The notes below the pieces were generated by a model. That model was not told where the DNA came from. It saw only the letters and a program-made list of their open reading frames with translations, and searched no databases. Positions 12,818-27,779 of a DNA stretch of 63,872 nt are shown here, one piece after another. The stretch is taken from NCBI RefSeq assembly GCF_016433145.1, contig NC_058133.1:33633536-33697407 (forward strand). Reading direction: 5' to 3'. The stretch's first letter is position 1. Each line of letters begins with the position of its first letter. The translations under genes were made by a program, and so were the position numbers. The DNA is from Gracilinanus agilis. Its lineage: Eukaryota.

Positions 12818-15800
12818 ATGACGGTGTCCTACACGCTGAAGGTGGCCAATGCCCGCTTTGGGGGCTTCTCGGCCCTCCTGTTCCGCTGGCGGGGGAGCAT
12901 TTACAAGTTGCTCTACAAGGAGCTCCTGGTGTTCCTGGGCCTCTACGGCGTGCTCAGCCTCACTTATCGGTGGGGTCTCGGTGTGGGGAGCGAAGGGGCC
13001 AATGTGGGAGGGGAGGGGGAGCTCAGGCGGGTGTTGGGGGAGGGCGCTCCAGAAGATGGCCCCTTAGGGGGACTCCAGTGGGAGGCAGGGATCTCTAGGC
13101 ATGGCGCTTCCAGAACTCGGGGCAGGTCAGGGTCTCAGCATTTTCCTTTGGTCGGGAGGGCTCTGGGGAGCCCTACAGCCCGCCCCTTCTCTCCTGATGG
13201 CTCTGTTTAATGGGTTGTCATTCAGGAAGCTGCTGTCCCAGGAGCAGAAGCGGATCTACGCCCAAGTGGCCCGATACTGCAACCGCTCTGCAGACCTCAT
13301 CCCCATGTCCTTCGTTCTGGGTAAGACCCCGCCACCTTCAGCAAGAGCTACTCCCAACAGCCCCCTCCCCTCGGGGGAACTCTCTGAACTGGGCCCCTCC
13401 CCGTGGGAACACCGCTTTGACGTTAACCATTACCCAGTCCGACCCGAACCAGCCCAGGAGGAAGAGAGCCACACCCCCTTGTTCAACTAGTCCCGGGGCT
13501 GAAAGAAGAGCCTCCCCACCCCTCCCCCTCCCTTTTCCTGAGATGGAGCTTCCTCTGGGTGGTGGGTTCCAATCCCATTTCCTTCCCGGATTCGCTGGTG
13601 CCCTAGGGAGGATGCTCAAGGTTTCCAGGTCCGAGATAAGAGATAGGGTTGGGCGGGGAGCCAAGGTCTCGGTGCGGGCCGTTGCTTTCCGCCCCAGGGC
13701 CCCCCCCACCCCGGCCTCTGCCAGTGTGCCCCCACCCCCCGCAGGCTTCTACGTGACCCTGGTGGTGAATCGCTGGTGGTCGCAGTACACGAGCATCCCG
13801 CTGCCAGACCGCCTCATGTGCGTGGTCACGGCCACTGTGCACGGGGACGACGAGCGCGGCCGCACGCTGCGCCGGACTCTGCTGCGTTATGCCAACCTGT
13901 CCTCCGTGCTGGTGCTGCGCTCCGTCAGCACCCGAGTGCTGCGGCGCTTCCCCACCATGGACCATGTGGTGGAAGCAGGTGCTGAGAGGGTGGGGGGCTG
14001 CGACGCAGGGTGGGCAAGGTCAGGAGTGGAGGTGAGGCTGGACAGCCTCTGCTGGGGGATCCCGTGAAAATCAAGGGTCTCCCCAGAGATTCCTGTGCAG
14101 GGAGGGGCTGAGGGTCCCACAGACAGCCACTCAGTTGTGGGGGGGGGGCAGGGTCCTGTTGTGAAAAGGAGGTGGGATTTGGAGTCACAGAACCTAGATT
14201 CATATCCTGCCTCTGCCCCAATGGCCTTGGACAAGTCTCTTCCCCTCCCACGCCATCAGTTTTCTCCACTGTTGAATGTTCCTTCTGGTTCTGGATTGAG
14301 AGTCCTGTCTTTGCCCACCCCACGGAGCCCTGGGTCCACAGGGAAGGAAGTGGAGAGGGTGGATGGTTAGGCCTGTGTGTGTGTGAAGACCCAGGAGGGA
14401 ACTGACTGGATCTCTGCAGGCTTCATGTCCCAAGAGGAGCAGCAGAAATTTGAGAGCCTGCACTCAGACTTCAACAAATACTGGGTTCCTTGTGTCTGGT
14501 TCACCAACCTGGCTGCCCAGGCTCGAAGAGAGGGCCGAGTGCGAGATGACATCGCCCTCGGGCTGCTCTTGGATGTGAGTGAGGTTGGGCCCAGAGTCCC
14601 TCTTATCCTGATGGGCCCCTTGGCCCCAGCCTCTGACCCCTCCCTTTCTGGTGACTCCCCTCCTAACATCCCTCTCTAGCCCTGTTGCTCTTCGTGCCCA
14701 CCCAGCCCCTCCATCAGGCTGCCTTGGAACTAGCTGCTGAGGTACCAGCCCAGGAATGGAAAGGGTAGCAAAAAAGCCCAGAGGCTGCTGTTCTCCAGCT
14801 TCCCTGGCCACATGCCCTTTGAGCCCCTTGGACAGTCGGACCCACCTATCCTAGGGGCTTCTTTCTGCCTCCTTTCCACCACTGCTTACCTCTGCTCCTT
14901 GGTCCTCTCCCTAGGAGCTGAATCAATACCGAGGCAAGTGCAGCTTACTCTTTCACTATGACTGGATCAGCATCCCCCTGGTCTACACTCAGGTAACACT
15001 ACTGCCATGGGGTAATTTGGCAAGCCTATATCAAGCACCTTCTGTGGGCAGAGTCCTGGACTCAGGGATCCCTCCACTTCTGGGGCTCAACCTGGGAGGG
15101 GAATCAAACCCTAACCCCTGCTTCCTGCCAGAGTACAGCAGAGAGGGACAAGCAGAACAGTCTTGGCGGTTTGGGGGAGGCAGAGTCCTTTTTGTCACCC
15201 CAGGAGATCAGGGTAGCCTTCTTGGAGGAAGTGACATTTGAAGTGGGCATTGAGGGATGGGCAGGGAAGGCAGTAAAGAAGTATGGAACAGTGAACTGGG
15301 GGGAAGCAGATATGTTCATGGGGCAGTGCCCAAGCATGGAAGGAGTGGGTAGGAAAAAAGTGAGCCAAGGCAAGGCTGGAAAAGACAGTACAAGGTAAGA
15401 AAGAGCCTTGAATACTGGTAGAGGACTCAAACTTGACTCTTGCTCAGAAGCTCTGAAGACTTGAGGTCACCCTCCCTTCCTTTCCTCTCCTGGTTCCCAG
15501 ACCCCCACCCAAAGGTTCACCTTCTATCCACTGCCCTCTCAGCCTCTGAGTCACTCTGCCAGTCATCCTTCCAAACTTGGCTCCAGACTATTCCCTCACA
15601 GCCCTGCCCCTCCCATCAAGTTCCTCCTGGTTGCCCTCAACCTGAAATGCAACAGGATGACCAGGTCAGCAGAATCAGGAAGGGGATATTCTGGGATGTG
15701 CCTTGTATACAGCAGGTGTTTCCCAAGTGTTGGAAACAGTGATAGTTCCAGAGATACGACATGGGGACAGATCCATGGTGGGCCATTATGGGGAGGGAGG

Positions 15801-18369
15801 GATGGATGGATGCTTGATATCAGCCCTAAGCTGTATGGGAAGAAAGTGTTTAGGTGTTACATACCAGAGGGACAACATGATCCTTCCCAAAGTCCCCTTT
15901 TCCCCCAGAGCTAGATTTGCAGGGATGGCTGGAGAGCCTAGGAAGAAGCTCCTAGATCTGTAGGGAAGGTGATCCAAGATCCCATCTCTGCTTGGGACTC
16001 CTTCACAACACAATTGCACTACCCACCCAGGAGCCTTTCATGGAGAATCAGGAGCCCCTCCTGGCCATGGACCTCTCAGGGATTTCATTTAGCCAGCACC
16101 TATTTGTGTAAGAAGTCCTGTATCTGAAGCAGCATCTTTGATATGTGGGTGTCATCTAGCAGCTGCTTGCTTACCTCTAAGGATGCGGAGTTCACTTGCC
16201 CTTCTCAAAGCATCCCATGATGCAGTGGGGCAACTTGCATTGTTAGGAAGGAAGCTTCTCTGACCCCTGGCTTCCCTCCCTCTCCCTTTTTGTGTTTTGG
16301 CCCCCACTGCTTTTCACCTTGTTCTGGGTTCTGCCTTTTGGGGTTCAACAGAACAAGGCTAATTTTCCCTCTGAGCCTCAGTTTCCCCATGAGGGAGAAT
16401 GATAAGCTCTTCACTTTGGAAATGAAAAGGCTTTGAAGCTAGAGTTCCCTTAAGTTCTCCCCTGCCCAGGGTGACTATTGTAGCAGGTACCAGAACCAGG
16501 TTTGGAAACCTAAGGCCATGACAGTAAAGCCAGGCTCTCCAACTTCCTTCCTTCCTAACCCTGCCCTGCCAGGTGGTGACCATTGCTGTCTACTCCTTCT
16601 TTGCCTTCTGCCTCATTGGACGGCAGTTCCTGGAGGGTGCTGAGGCCCCAGAGTCAGGCCAAGAGATACCCCTGGGGAATCTGGATCTCTATGTGCCACT
16701 TACCACCCTTCTACAATTCTTCTTCTATGCTGGCTGGCTTAAGGTGGGTGCCAACAGGGCTTGAGGGGGAGCCAGCCTGGCCCTTTGATGTGTGCTAGAG
16801 AGCAAAGCTTCCCCTCTCCTTCTCCAGGTGGCTGAACAAATTATCAACCCCTTTGGGGAGGATGATGATGACTTTGAGACCAACCAACTCATCGATAGAA
16901 ACCTGCAGGTGGGTTTTGGGAGAGCTTCCCCAGGGCAGCTGCCCAGGGAAATGGCTGCATCCCATTTCACAAAGCCTTGGGGAGCTTCCATTGTGTTGGG
17001 TCAGTCTGATACAATTCAATTTGCATTTACTGCTCCTTCCTGAAGACTGCAGGATCCAGCCCAGGAGCTGGGTACACGTGTGTGCCTGAGAGTGGTGGCT
17101 GAGAATAAGCCCTCTCTGGCTAGGCCTTGAGGGCGTTCCTAGTTGAGCATGGGACCGGGTGTGGTCCACAAAGAACCTCATTCCCTGGAGGGAGCTTGCA
17201 ATTAGAGCCACAGAAGAGGTGCGGACCAGGACCCTGAGAGTTCAAAGCTCTTTGGCTAGAGGCTTCCTGAATATTCCTCATATCTTGAATTGAGGGGTTC
17301 CCTCCAGCATCTGTAAGAAGCAGGACTGTCAAGGATTAGTGTGCCTATTTGGCAGAGGAGCAAACTGAGGCTGCAGAAAGGAGAAAAGCCTTGGGCAAGG
17401 TGCAGATCTAGGGAGGAAGCTTTGGCTCCCACTTCAAATGCAGGCAGAGGCTGGGAGAGTGGGAGGGGAAGCTGTTTATGGGCAGGATTGCCTGGGGATC
17501 AGGGAGAAGTGGAGGCCACAGCAGTACAGCAAGCCTTTCTAGGGAAGGTTAAGGGGTCTTAGCAGTGGGTAGAGGGGCTAGAGGGTTCTGTTGAAGCCCA
17601 GTTAAAGGCCTCCCCGGGCTGCCTCAGTTTCCCCTTTCATACGAGGTTCAGAGATGGCCTCTGCCAGGGCATGCTGGGGAATTGGAAGTGGCCCCCCAAT
17701 AGCAATAGAAGTCGTGCCTCAGTGCCTCCACCTTGACCTCTCAGGTGTCACTGCTGTCTGTGGACAACATGTATGGAGACCTGCCAGCCATGGGCCGGGA
17801 CCGGTACTGGAGCGAGGAGGCGGCTCAACCCCCCTACACCCAGGCCTCAGCGGCGGACAGCCTGCGGCCCTCCTTTATGGGTTCCACCTTCAACCTGCGG
17901 TGAGTACCCAGAGGGGGCGTGGCCAGCTCTGGAGAGGCTGGTCAGGGGGCGTGACCAGCTCCGGAGAGGCGTGGCCTGTCCCTGACCCGAGACTCCCGCC
18001 CCACCCTCCCGCAGCATGTCGGAGGAGCGGTTGCAACCAGACCCGGACGCGGAGGAGGCTGGGGCGCCCTCGGCCACCCCCAGCCCTGCGTGGGCTCGGA
18101 CACCTCTGCTCGGCCGCTTCTTGGGAGCCTCCGCGCCGTCTCCAGCTGTCAGCCTGCGGGTCCCGCGGACCCCTCTGCTGTCCTCCCGCCCTCAGGCCGC
18201 CACGCCGGTCCCAGGACGTCTGCGTCTGACCCGCCTTATGCCTGCGCCCGCGGCCCGTATAGACGAGGAGGCTCCGGAAGCCCCGAGCCCGGACCTGGGT
18301 TCCCTGGAGGAGGAGGAGGGCAAGGTCGCTCCTCTGAGTGCGGCCACGTCCACGCCCCCTCCGCCATAG
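12818..18369 (+). CDS. BEST4: Bestrophin-4, Ca2+-activated anion channel, 491 aa. Coding exons: 12818-12969, 13226-13320, 13745-13978, 14420-14574, 14915-14992, 16573-16743, 16828-16908, 17745-17899, 18015-18369
   Basis: All junctions are GT-AG and phase-consistent; CDS is 1476 nt. Translation has [17 protein letters not shown], neck [17 protein letters not shown], Ca2+ clasp [23 protein letters not shown] and the BEST4-type tail [17 protein letters not shown]. Lies next to RPS8 in convergent orientation, as in human. Confidence 0.97.
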
Positions 18370-18425
18370 CAGTAGGCCGCACCCACGACCCTCCTCTCCT
18401 TCCCTCAGACTTGTGCTAGTGTCTC

Positions 18426-18431
18426 ATTAAA
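18426..18431 (+). terminator. BEST4 poly(A) signal ATTAAA
   Basis: ATTAAA 56 nt after the BEST4 stop codon. Confidence 0.6.
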
Positions 18432-20259
18432 GGGTTTCTCACTCTCCAGCAGCGCCCTGCAGAGTCCTCGTGTAGCCGGGCCTGCCCTCGGAAGCCTAGG
18501 ACCGAGAAACCTTCGAGGGGGAGTCAGCTGAGAGGGGAAGGCGGCTTCCTTGCACGCGGGGCCAGCCAGGATTCTCGGGGAACTTACGCAAGGTGGCTTG
18601 GGGGGAGGGGCCTCGGGGCAGGGAGCCCAGTATGGCAGCCTGGAAAGGCCAGATTCAGAGCTGGAAGGGACCTTAAGGGTTCGCTCTTGTGCTAGGAGGG
18701 AACCTTGGGGGCCAAGAGCCTCAATCTATACACAGGAGCTGCAAGCCTTGCTCAAGCCCGGACTACCAGAGATGGGAGTCCCAAATCCAGCTCCACACCC
18801 CATGGCCTCATTGGTTCAGTAGTTTGGGACCCAGACCCCAGAGACGACCCTGGATTCAGGGGCTTATGGTAGCTGGAGGTTGGAGGCTGAAGGGCTAGGG
18901 ATGACCGAAAATGGGGCTCTCTGCCATCAGTGGGGGAATTGGGAAGCATGAAGGTGAATGCAGCTCAGCTGGGAGTATGTTGATCCCAAGTTGTCCCTGG
19001 GAGAGACTGAGGTTAGATACACAGACCTAATACATTGTCCAATAGAACTCTGGTGGAATCCAGGCATTGGAAACCCCACGACAAAAAGGGAAACCTTCCC
19101 CTCTCCTTGGAAGTTACATGGCCCACAGGGAAATCCATAGAAACGGGGCAAATTAATTTTTTTGAGGTGAAAAGTACAATGATAAAAGACCCCTTGTGGG
19201 CTCATAAACCACCTTTTGGGTTCTGCAAGTGCAATTTATCCTATTTTGCTGATGAGAAAAGTGAGCCCTAGTGGCTAATCCAAGGTGTGTCAAGTCAAGA
19301 TCTGTCCACAAGCATTTCCGTACTTTCTCTGGTGCCAGGCATGGTACAAAACTCTTTAAGAATACACATAGAAGCTGAAAGACGATCCCTACCCTCATTA
19401 AGCTTCCATTTTGATTTTGGGTTTTGAGAGAAACACATCAAATGGGACAGGAAAAGGGAAGGAAGTAGGTATCTGGCTTGGGGCCATGGAAGAGAAAGTC
19501 ATGCAGCCTGGAGACGGATGAAGCCATCCAACCTTGCCTTCTTCCTTAAATTAGAGGTTCTGGGAGGAGCCAGCCAATCAGAATGAGGCTATAGGGAAGG
19601 CTGGTTCTTCCTCCCTGAGGAGTCTAGGGGTGGGCTGAACTGAACTGAGCTTCCAGAGGGAAGCTACCCACTTGGTAATTGATAATCTAATGTGGCTGAG
19701 GGAGAGGAAAGAACTGAGGATAATGCCATGGTCTCAAAACTCAGTGACTAAGGGACAGCTGGGTGGCACAGTGAATAGAGCACCAGGTCTGCAGTTGGGA
19801 GGAACTGGGTCCAAATCTGGCCTCAGACACTTCCTGTGACCTTGGGCAAGTTACTTAACCCCAGATTGCCTAGCTCTTGCTGCTAATCTTGTCTTAGAAT
19901 TGATAATTCTAATTGAAGACAGAAGGCAAGGATTAAAATAGTGACCAGAAGGAAAAGGGATTCCTCCCTCCACCCCCAAAAAAAGAATTAGAAAATTTCA
20001 GGAGGGGAAATCTTAAGGAAAAGATAAGGAGCTTAAAATTGAACTAGTTGAACTGGAAATGTCTGAGGACATCCAGCCAAAGGTAGTGAACAACCTCGGT
20101 TTAGACTCATTGAATTTGGGAAACCTCAGCTGAGTGAGAACTATTGAACCCTTGAGAACTGATGCTTTCAGAATGGGTGGACTCCAGGGAGGACAGACTG
20201 CCCAAGTCAGTCACAGAGACAAGAGTGTCTGCCTTCAAGGAATTCAGCATGGAATAAGA

Positions 20260-21830
20260 TTACTGTTATAATAATTAATGGAGGGAAGGTACCAGATTTA
20301 AGAGGGTTGAGGAAGGATTAAGATTTTAATAGATCAAGAAAGTCAGTTGGAGGATTGGTTAGTGAATAGGAAAGAGGCCAGTGTCACTGGATAGAAGAGT
20401 AGAATAAGTGTAAGATTGGACCAGGGTGAAGAAGGGATTTGAATACCCAACAGAGAATCTTATATTTGATCCTAGAGATAGGGAGCCACAGGAATTTATT
20501 GATTGGGGGTGGGTGTCTTTTGCTTCAGGAAATCACTTTGGCTGGCTAGATGGGAATGCTGAGATATTTGTGGATGGCAGTCACCAGCACAGTATTGTAA
20601 TGGTCTAGGAATGGAGATGGGGCCTATCAGGGAAGTGACACACCAGAAAGGGGCTATTTGAGAGGTTGCATAGGTAGATTTCTGAGGCCTTGGCCACAGA
20701 TCGGACATGAAGAGTGAGGTAGTAAGAAGTCAAGGATGACACCAATGTTGGCAGTTAGGTAGTACTATGTATTATTAGAGTAATGGGGTTGGACTCCCAG
20801 ACAGGAAGAATGGAGTTCAAATATGGCCTGATCTGGGGCAAATTATTTAACCTGTTTGCCTGGTTTCAACTCTAAAAATGGGGTAATAGCATATACCCCA
20901 CCCCTCAAGGTTCTTGTTCAAGAATCAAAATGAGCTACTTGTAAAAAAAGCTCAGCACAGCCTGGCACATTGCTCTTGGTGTCCTTCACTATTCTAGGTT
21001 AGTTCGGAATGGGGCAGGGTTTTGGGAGAAAAAGATGAGTTAACATGTCAAGAAGGCGACTGGCCAGCCAGATTCTGACAACTAAAGGGCAGTTGCTGAC
21101 TGGAGGTCAGGAGAAGATAGGGCCAAGGATCAGAGATAAGAGTCCATGGGAGCCAAGATTATGAAGTGAATTAGAAAAGGGAGACACCAATGGGAGACCA
21201 GATGTGACTTGGCTTCAGATGCCACAAAGGAGAAAAGGTCTGATAGGTAAACCGGAAGTGACTCCAAACCAGGAGTATGAGGGAAAGTGATATAGGTAGC
21301 ATGGAAGGATACTGAGGCAAAGAGGAAAGTTGAGAAAAGGTCACTACTGGATCTGGGAATTCTGAAGTCACCAGGAAGGCAGATTGTAAGGTTAAAGGAT
21401 AGCCAGGAGAAAGTGGAGACTCAGGTTTAGTTACAAAGATAAAAAAAGCTGAGTTGGTGGGGCAGCTGGATAGCTCAGTGGAGTGAGAGTCAGGCCTAGA
21501 GACAGGAGGTTCTAGGTTCAAACCCGGCCTCTGCCACTTCCCAGCTGTGTGACCCTGGGCAAGTCACTTGACCCCCATTGCCCACCCTTACCAATCTTCC
21601 ACCTATGAGACAATACACCGAAGTAGAAGGGTTTAAAAAAAAAGTAAAAAAAAAAAAAAAAAGCTGAGTTGGAGTTTGAGGATTTGGAAGACACAGGCAT
21701 GCTCCTAATAGAAGGAACTAATAGATGAGAGATTGCAGGCAGGTGAGTGGGGATAACTAAGGATAATCTTTTGGCCATGGGATGGAACATGATCATTCTA
21801 ATAATGGCAAGGAGTGGCAGAATAGAGGAA
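20260..21830 (-). mobile_element. Degraded L2 LINE with a young SINE1_Mdo-like insert at 21459-21660 (+)
   Basis: L2 signatures such as gggagcca...ggaaatcactttggc. The SINE has TSD aaaaaaagctgagttgg (21441-21457 and 21656-21672). Confidence 0.7.
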
Positions 21831-22962
21831 AGGGAGGCATCTGAAAAAATTCATAAAAGTGGAATCCATAGACCTAAGCAACAGAATGGATGGCAGGCAT
21901 GTGAAGATGTGGTTGGAAAAGCCTAGGTGAGGGGAGAGGAGGGCCAGGAAGTTTGAGTTCAATTTTGGAGGAATGTTAGGAGCAGAGAAGATACAGTGGG
22001 GTTGCTATTTATAGCAGCCTTGCCAGAGGAAGGTTAGGTCTGAAGGACTGGTTGACCAGATGTTCGAAAAATGAACAAGGAGACCAATACAGGGGTAGGA
22101 TTCTACCTATCCCAGGAGGGTAAAACTGAAGATACTTGATGCAGAAGGGAGCCACAGGTTGGATAGGCAGGCCAACCATAGGGACCCTCCTAGCTAGATT
22201 TAAGTTCAGGAGAAAGGGAGGCAGACAGAAGGAAACTTCAGTTTTCTGATGAGTTCATGTACTAGTATCATCTGAGTATTGAATAGGTGTGTGGGAGGGG
22301 GTCAGACTAGAGAACACCCAGGTACACTACACAGCTTTCCCAAAGCAGTCTGTGGCCACAATAGCAGACATGCTCACATCACACTGCCAACAGGACAGTT
22401 TGGCAGCTTTTAGCTTCCCAGTTAAGGCTGGGAAAATGGAGCAGTGAGGTATGAGTGGTTAGTAAAATGCCTAGAGCAATGCTAAGAGCAGCTTTAAGTA
22501 TTATCTTCTTTCATCCCCAGAAGGCAGATTGGTTATCTGAGAAGTTTCATTTCCCATTAGGATAGAGGGTAGGTAGGGGACTCCTCAGTGTTCAGAGGCT
22601 GGGGTAGGGGTTCTTCATCCAGAGATGTAAAAGGTCCAAAAGGGTCAGCTATCAGTTTTTTGAAGTGCCAGCCCCACACTGGCCAGATGTACCTCCAGTC
22701 CAAAAGGGGCAGCCTACAAAGCAGGCCTGGCCCTTCTGTAAAGAGGGGAATTACTCTTGCACTGTGATGAGGCCCAGCTGGCCACAGGGAGGCCCAGTGG
22801 GTCACTTAACAATGCTGAGTACAAAAGATGCAGTGGGAAGGCTGTGTCTAGGTTCATGTTCTGGAATGAGCAGGTTTGGTTCTCAGTTCCCTCTTTCCCC
22901 ACCACCCAACTTGCCTTACTCCCAAGCAATGAGCACAGGACACAGGACAAACAATCTGGGGA

Positions 22963-22968
22963 TTTATT
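22963..22968 (-). terminator. RPS8 poly(A) signal AATAAA
   Basis: AATAAA 26 nt after the stop, followed by GU-rich ttgtcctgtgtcctgtg. Confidence 0.85.
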
Positions 22969-22994
22969 CCATTAGCGAATGTCCAAGTTAGAGC

Positions 22995-25051
<2,057 letters not shown>

Positions 25052-25067
25052 GGTCGGCGCGAGCAGC

Positions 25068-25195
25068 AAAGAGAAAGCGCGAAGGCTCACGGGCCGACTT
25101 GTAAAGGGGGGGTGGTGTTGTGGAGCACCGTCACTTCCGGGCGCCGCGCGGTGACGTCACTGGCGCGCCGGACCGAGCCGGTGTAGGGTCACGTG
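25068..25195 (-). promoter_or_regulatory. RPS8: RPS8 TCT/5'TOP start site and proximal promoter
   Basis: CTTTCTCTTT pyrimidine tract at 25077-25068 just upstream of the ATG. ETS/GABP CCGGAAGTG at 25132-25140, full CRE TGACGTCA at 25152-25159 and E-box CACGTG at 25190-25195, all inside a CpG island. Confidence 0.8.
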
Positions 25196-25284
25196 GGCCA
25201 AGTAAGAACTTCTTGGTCTTTGTGGAGTAGGATTTTCGATCCTCACCCCCCCAACCCCCCTATCCCTGTGCTTTTCGTGGCGTG

Positions 25285-26110
25285 CCGATAACTATAACAT
25301 CCACCGTTTACATAGCGCCTGCTCTGTGCTAGGCGCTGAGCGCTTTACGACGACTATCGTGTCGTATGGCCCTCACAACCCTGGGAGCGAGGCGCCATTA
25401 TTATCCTCATTTTACTGCTGAGGAAACTGCGGTACCCGCAGGTGAAGTGACTTGCTCAGGGTCACTCAGCTACTAAGTGTCCGAGACAGGATTGGAATCC
25501 CAGGCAGAGTGCTTGGCACATAGGAGCCTAATAAGAGCTTACTGACTTAAGGGTTCTGTATTACACTTGTATACTGTGTACTCTATGTGTCTGTATGTGT
25601 GTAGCTCCAGAATAAAACCTTACTGACTTAAGCATCAAGTAGTATGTGTGTCTCCACATACCCACATACACACTTGTAATAGAAGCTTATTGCCCGGGGC
25701 TCCCCCGCTTCTGTGCGGAGCGGGCACCGCGAGCGCTGGCAGTCAGGGCTTGGGGGGAGGGTCAGGACCGAGAAAGGCTTTGGCGCGGCGGGACCCGCAT
25801 GGGAATCAGGAATGGTGACGGGTCAGGTTTAGGGGAAAAGGTGAGTTCTAGTTGGAATGGCCGCCGTTGTAGGGAAAAGGACTTGGATTAGTCCTTTTCA
25901 GTCATGTCTGACTCTGTGTCGCCACTTGGGGTTTCCTTGGCAAAGATATTGGAGCAGTTTGCCATTTCCTTCTCCAGATTGTTTTACAGATAAGGAAACT
26001 GAGGCTAACAGGATGAAGTGACTTGCCCAGGGTCACACAGCTAGTGCCTGAGCCCAGATGTAAACTCAGAGGAATCTGGAAGACTTCGGGCTCAGTGCTC
26101 TATCCACCGT
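25285..26110 (-). mobile_element. MIR/CORE-SINE copies (~25285-25500 and ~25880-26110)
   Basis: Core motifs ttatcctcattttactgctgaggaaactg and aagtgacttgcccagggtcacacagctag. Confidence 0.7.
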
Positions 26111-27574
26111 GCCCCCCAACAGCCCCATGAAAAAGACTAGCTAACTCTTGAAGTTTGCTGCCCTGTGCCAAAGCAGAGTGGGTGGGCACAGCCTCACTCC
26201 AAGAACTGTGAGCCGCCCAGACTCCGTGTTGGTACCCTTTTCAAGAATCATTGGTCTGCCATTTTGTAATCCATGCTCTCTCCCTCCTTTCCACCCCTTC
26301 TCCTTCCCTAAGACAGCAGGTTCTTCTATAGGATAGGGGTCCTGCAGAAGTTATTATGCAATAATATATATTTCATGCTCATCATGTAGTGAATGGTACC
26401 TGCATAGATTACTTTGGGGGTGAGTTTGGGTCTTGTCCAAAGAACGAATGACTCACATAATCCATGACAAGGGAGGAACAAGCTTTATTGGGGGAGTAAG
26501 GCAGTGAATGGCCTGCCAATGAAAAGGGCTGGTGGTGGTCCTCGGCAGTGCTTCGTTATTAAGGAAGGGGTCATCTGTTTGGGCAGTTGTCATCCTGGGG
26601 CTCCAGTTAAGGTCCACTTTGGTGTGTGTGGCTTTACCCATGGTTCACTCTGTAAATGGATGTGTCATGGAAATTTATATCCCACCTCCCTGATTTAGAC
26701 AATTTAGATAAATAGCCAAATTTCTCCAAGTCAAGGTAGAATTTAGAGTTAACTGGAAGAGGGCCAAATCTCCCATATAAACCCAGAATCTCACATGTTA
26801 CATAGTTGGACCCCAACGAGAGACAAAGCCAGGGACCTGGCTTATATACTAGGACAGTAACAAAGTGAATATTTCCAAACAAGGTTGATGACATATCATA
26901 AGACACAGCATCATGTAGATCTTTTTTAGAAACTGTTATCCAACTACACGTCTGATCGGTTAGTTCATTTAGGAAAACTCATATTAGTCTTAAGTCAAAT
27001 CACAAGACAATACCCTTATTTAGAGAATAGTGATGACCATTACCTTAAACTCATCTGAGCTGGGGAGAGGATGGTTCTTTCCAAATAGGGAAGGGTGTGT
27101 ATACTTGCACCATATCGGGACATGAAACTCAGCTAGTCAGCATCTCATGATAGAAGGGAAGTATGACTTCGGGAGGGGTGGAAAGTCCCCTTAGAAGCAG
27201 TTTTATGCTTTAGTTAGAAATTCCTATAAAGATCATAAATTCTACTAATTGTAATTAAAAGATTAAAGTTGTATAAAAGATTATAATGAAATTATACTAA
27301 TCACTTCACTTTAGAATCACAATATTGATTATCTTAAACCTATCACTGGCACTAAAATCCAATCAAGTATAAGGGGTAGGGGTCTCTCTTCCTGACAGAT
27401 GCTAATGAAATGTTAAGTAACTTGGGGCAGCTTCAGGTCAATTTTTCCTCTTTTCTGGGCAGACTCTAAGGGAGCGAACATGGAAATTGAGCGTTGTTTG
27501 AACCTAGTCCTCTGTGATTGGGGAACTGAACTACCTGGGTTTGCTGTTAGGAGACCCCTACCAAGGACCTAGAT

Positions 27575-27779
27575 CAGTGATGGTGAACCTTTTAGAGGCC
27601 TTAGAGACCATGTGCCCAAACTGAAACCCTCATGCCCTATGTGACCCCCCCCCCCATTACCCTAGACAAGAAGAGGGAGGAAATGCTCCCATGGGCTGGG
27701 CAGAAGGGTGGGTCACATGAGAAATGTCCTCAAGTACATATGTAGAGGGGGAGGGGAGCAGCCCCCTCTGGCCAAACGG
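27575..27779 (+). mobile_element. hAT/Charlie MITE (OposCharlie3-like) with right-end internal deletion
   Basis: Left TIR cagtgatggtgaacct; perfect 8-bp TSD acctagat at 27567-27574 and 27780-27787. Confidence 0.8.

Noticed and set aside
13210-14067. 285-codon ORF overlapping BEST4
   Set aside because: It starts in a different frame across exon 2, reads through GC-rich intron 2 and then joins the exon 3 frame. It is explained by the spliced BEST4 structure and low stop density.
22760-22830. GTGATGA...CTGA pair on the + strand downstream of RPS8
   Set aside because: Not intronic in any + strand host, weak terminal stem and no recognisable rRNA guide.
25531-25695. Three degenerate repeats aataagagcttactgacttaag with spacers
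   Set aside because: Superficially array-like, but these are local duplications of an L2/MIR 3' tail with simple-repeat spacers in a eukaryote; not CRISPR-like.
26300-27560. Possible LTR-type element around the second MITE (also 5480-5930)
   Set aside because: LTR-like composition and AATAAA/CCAAT signals, but boundaries and TSD could not be defined.
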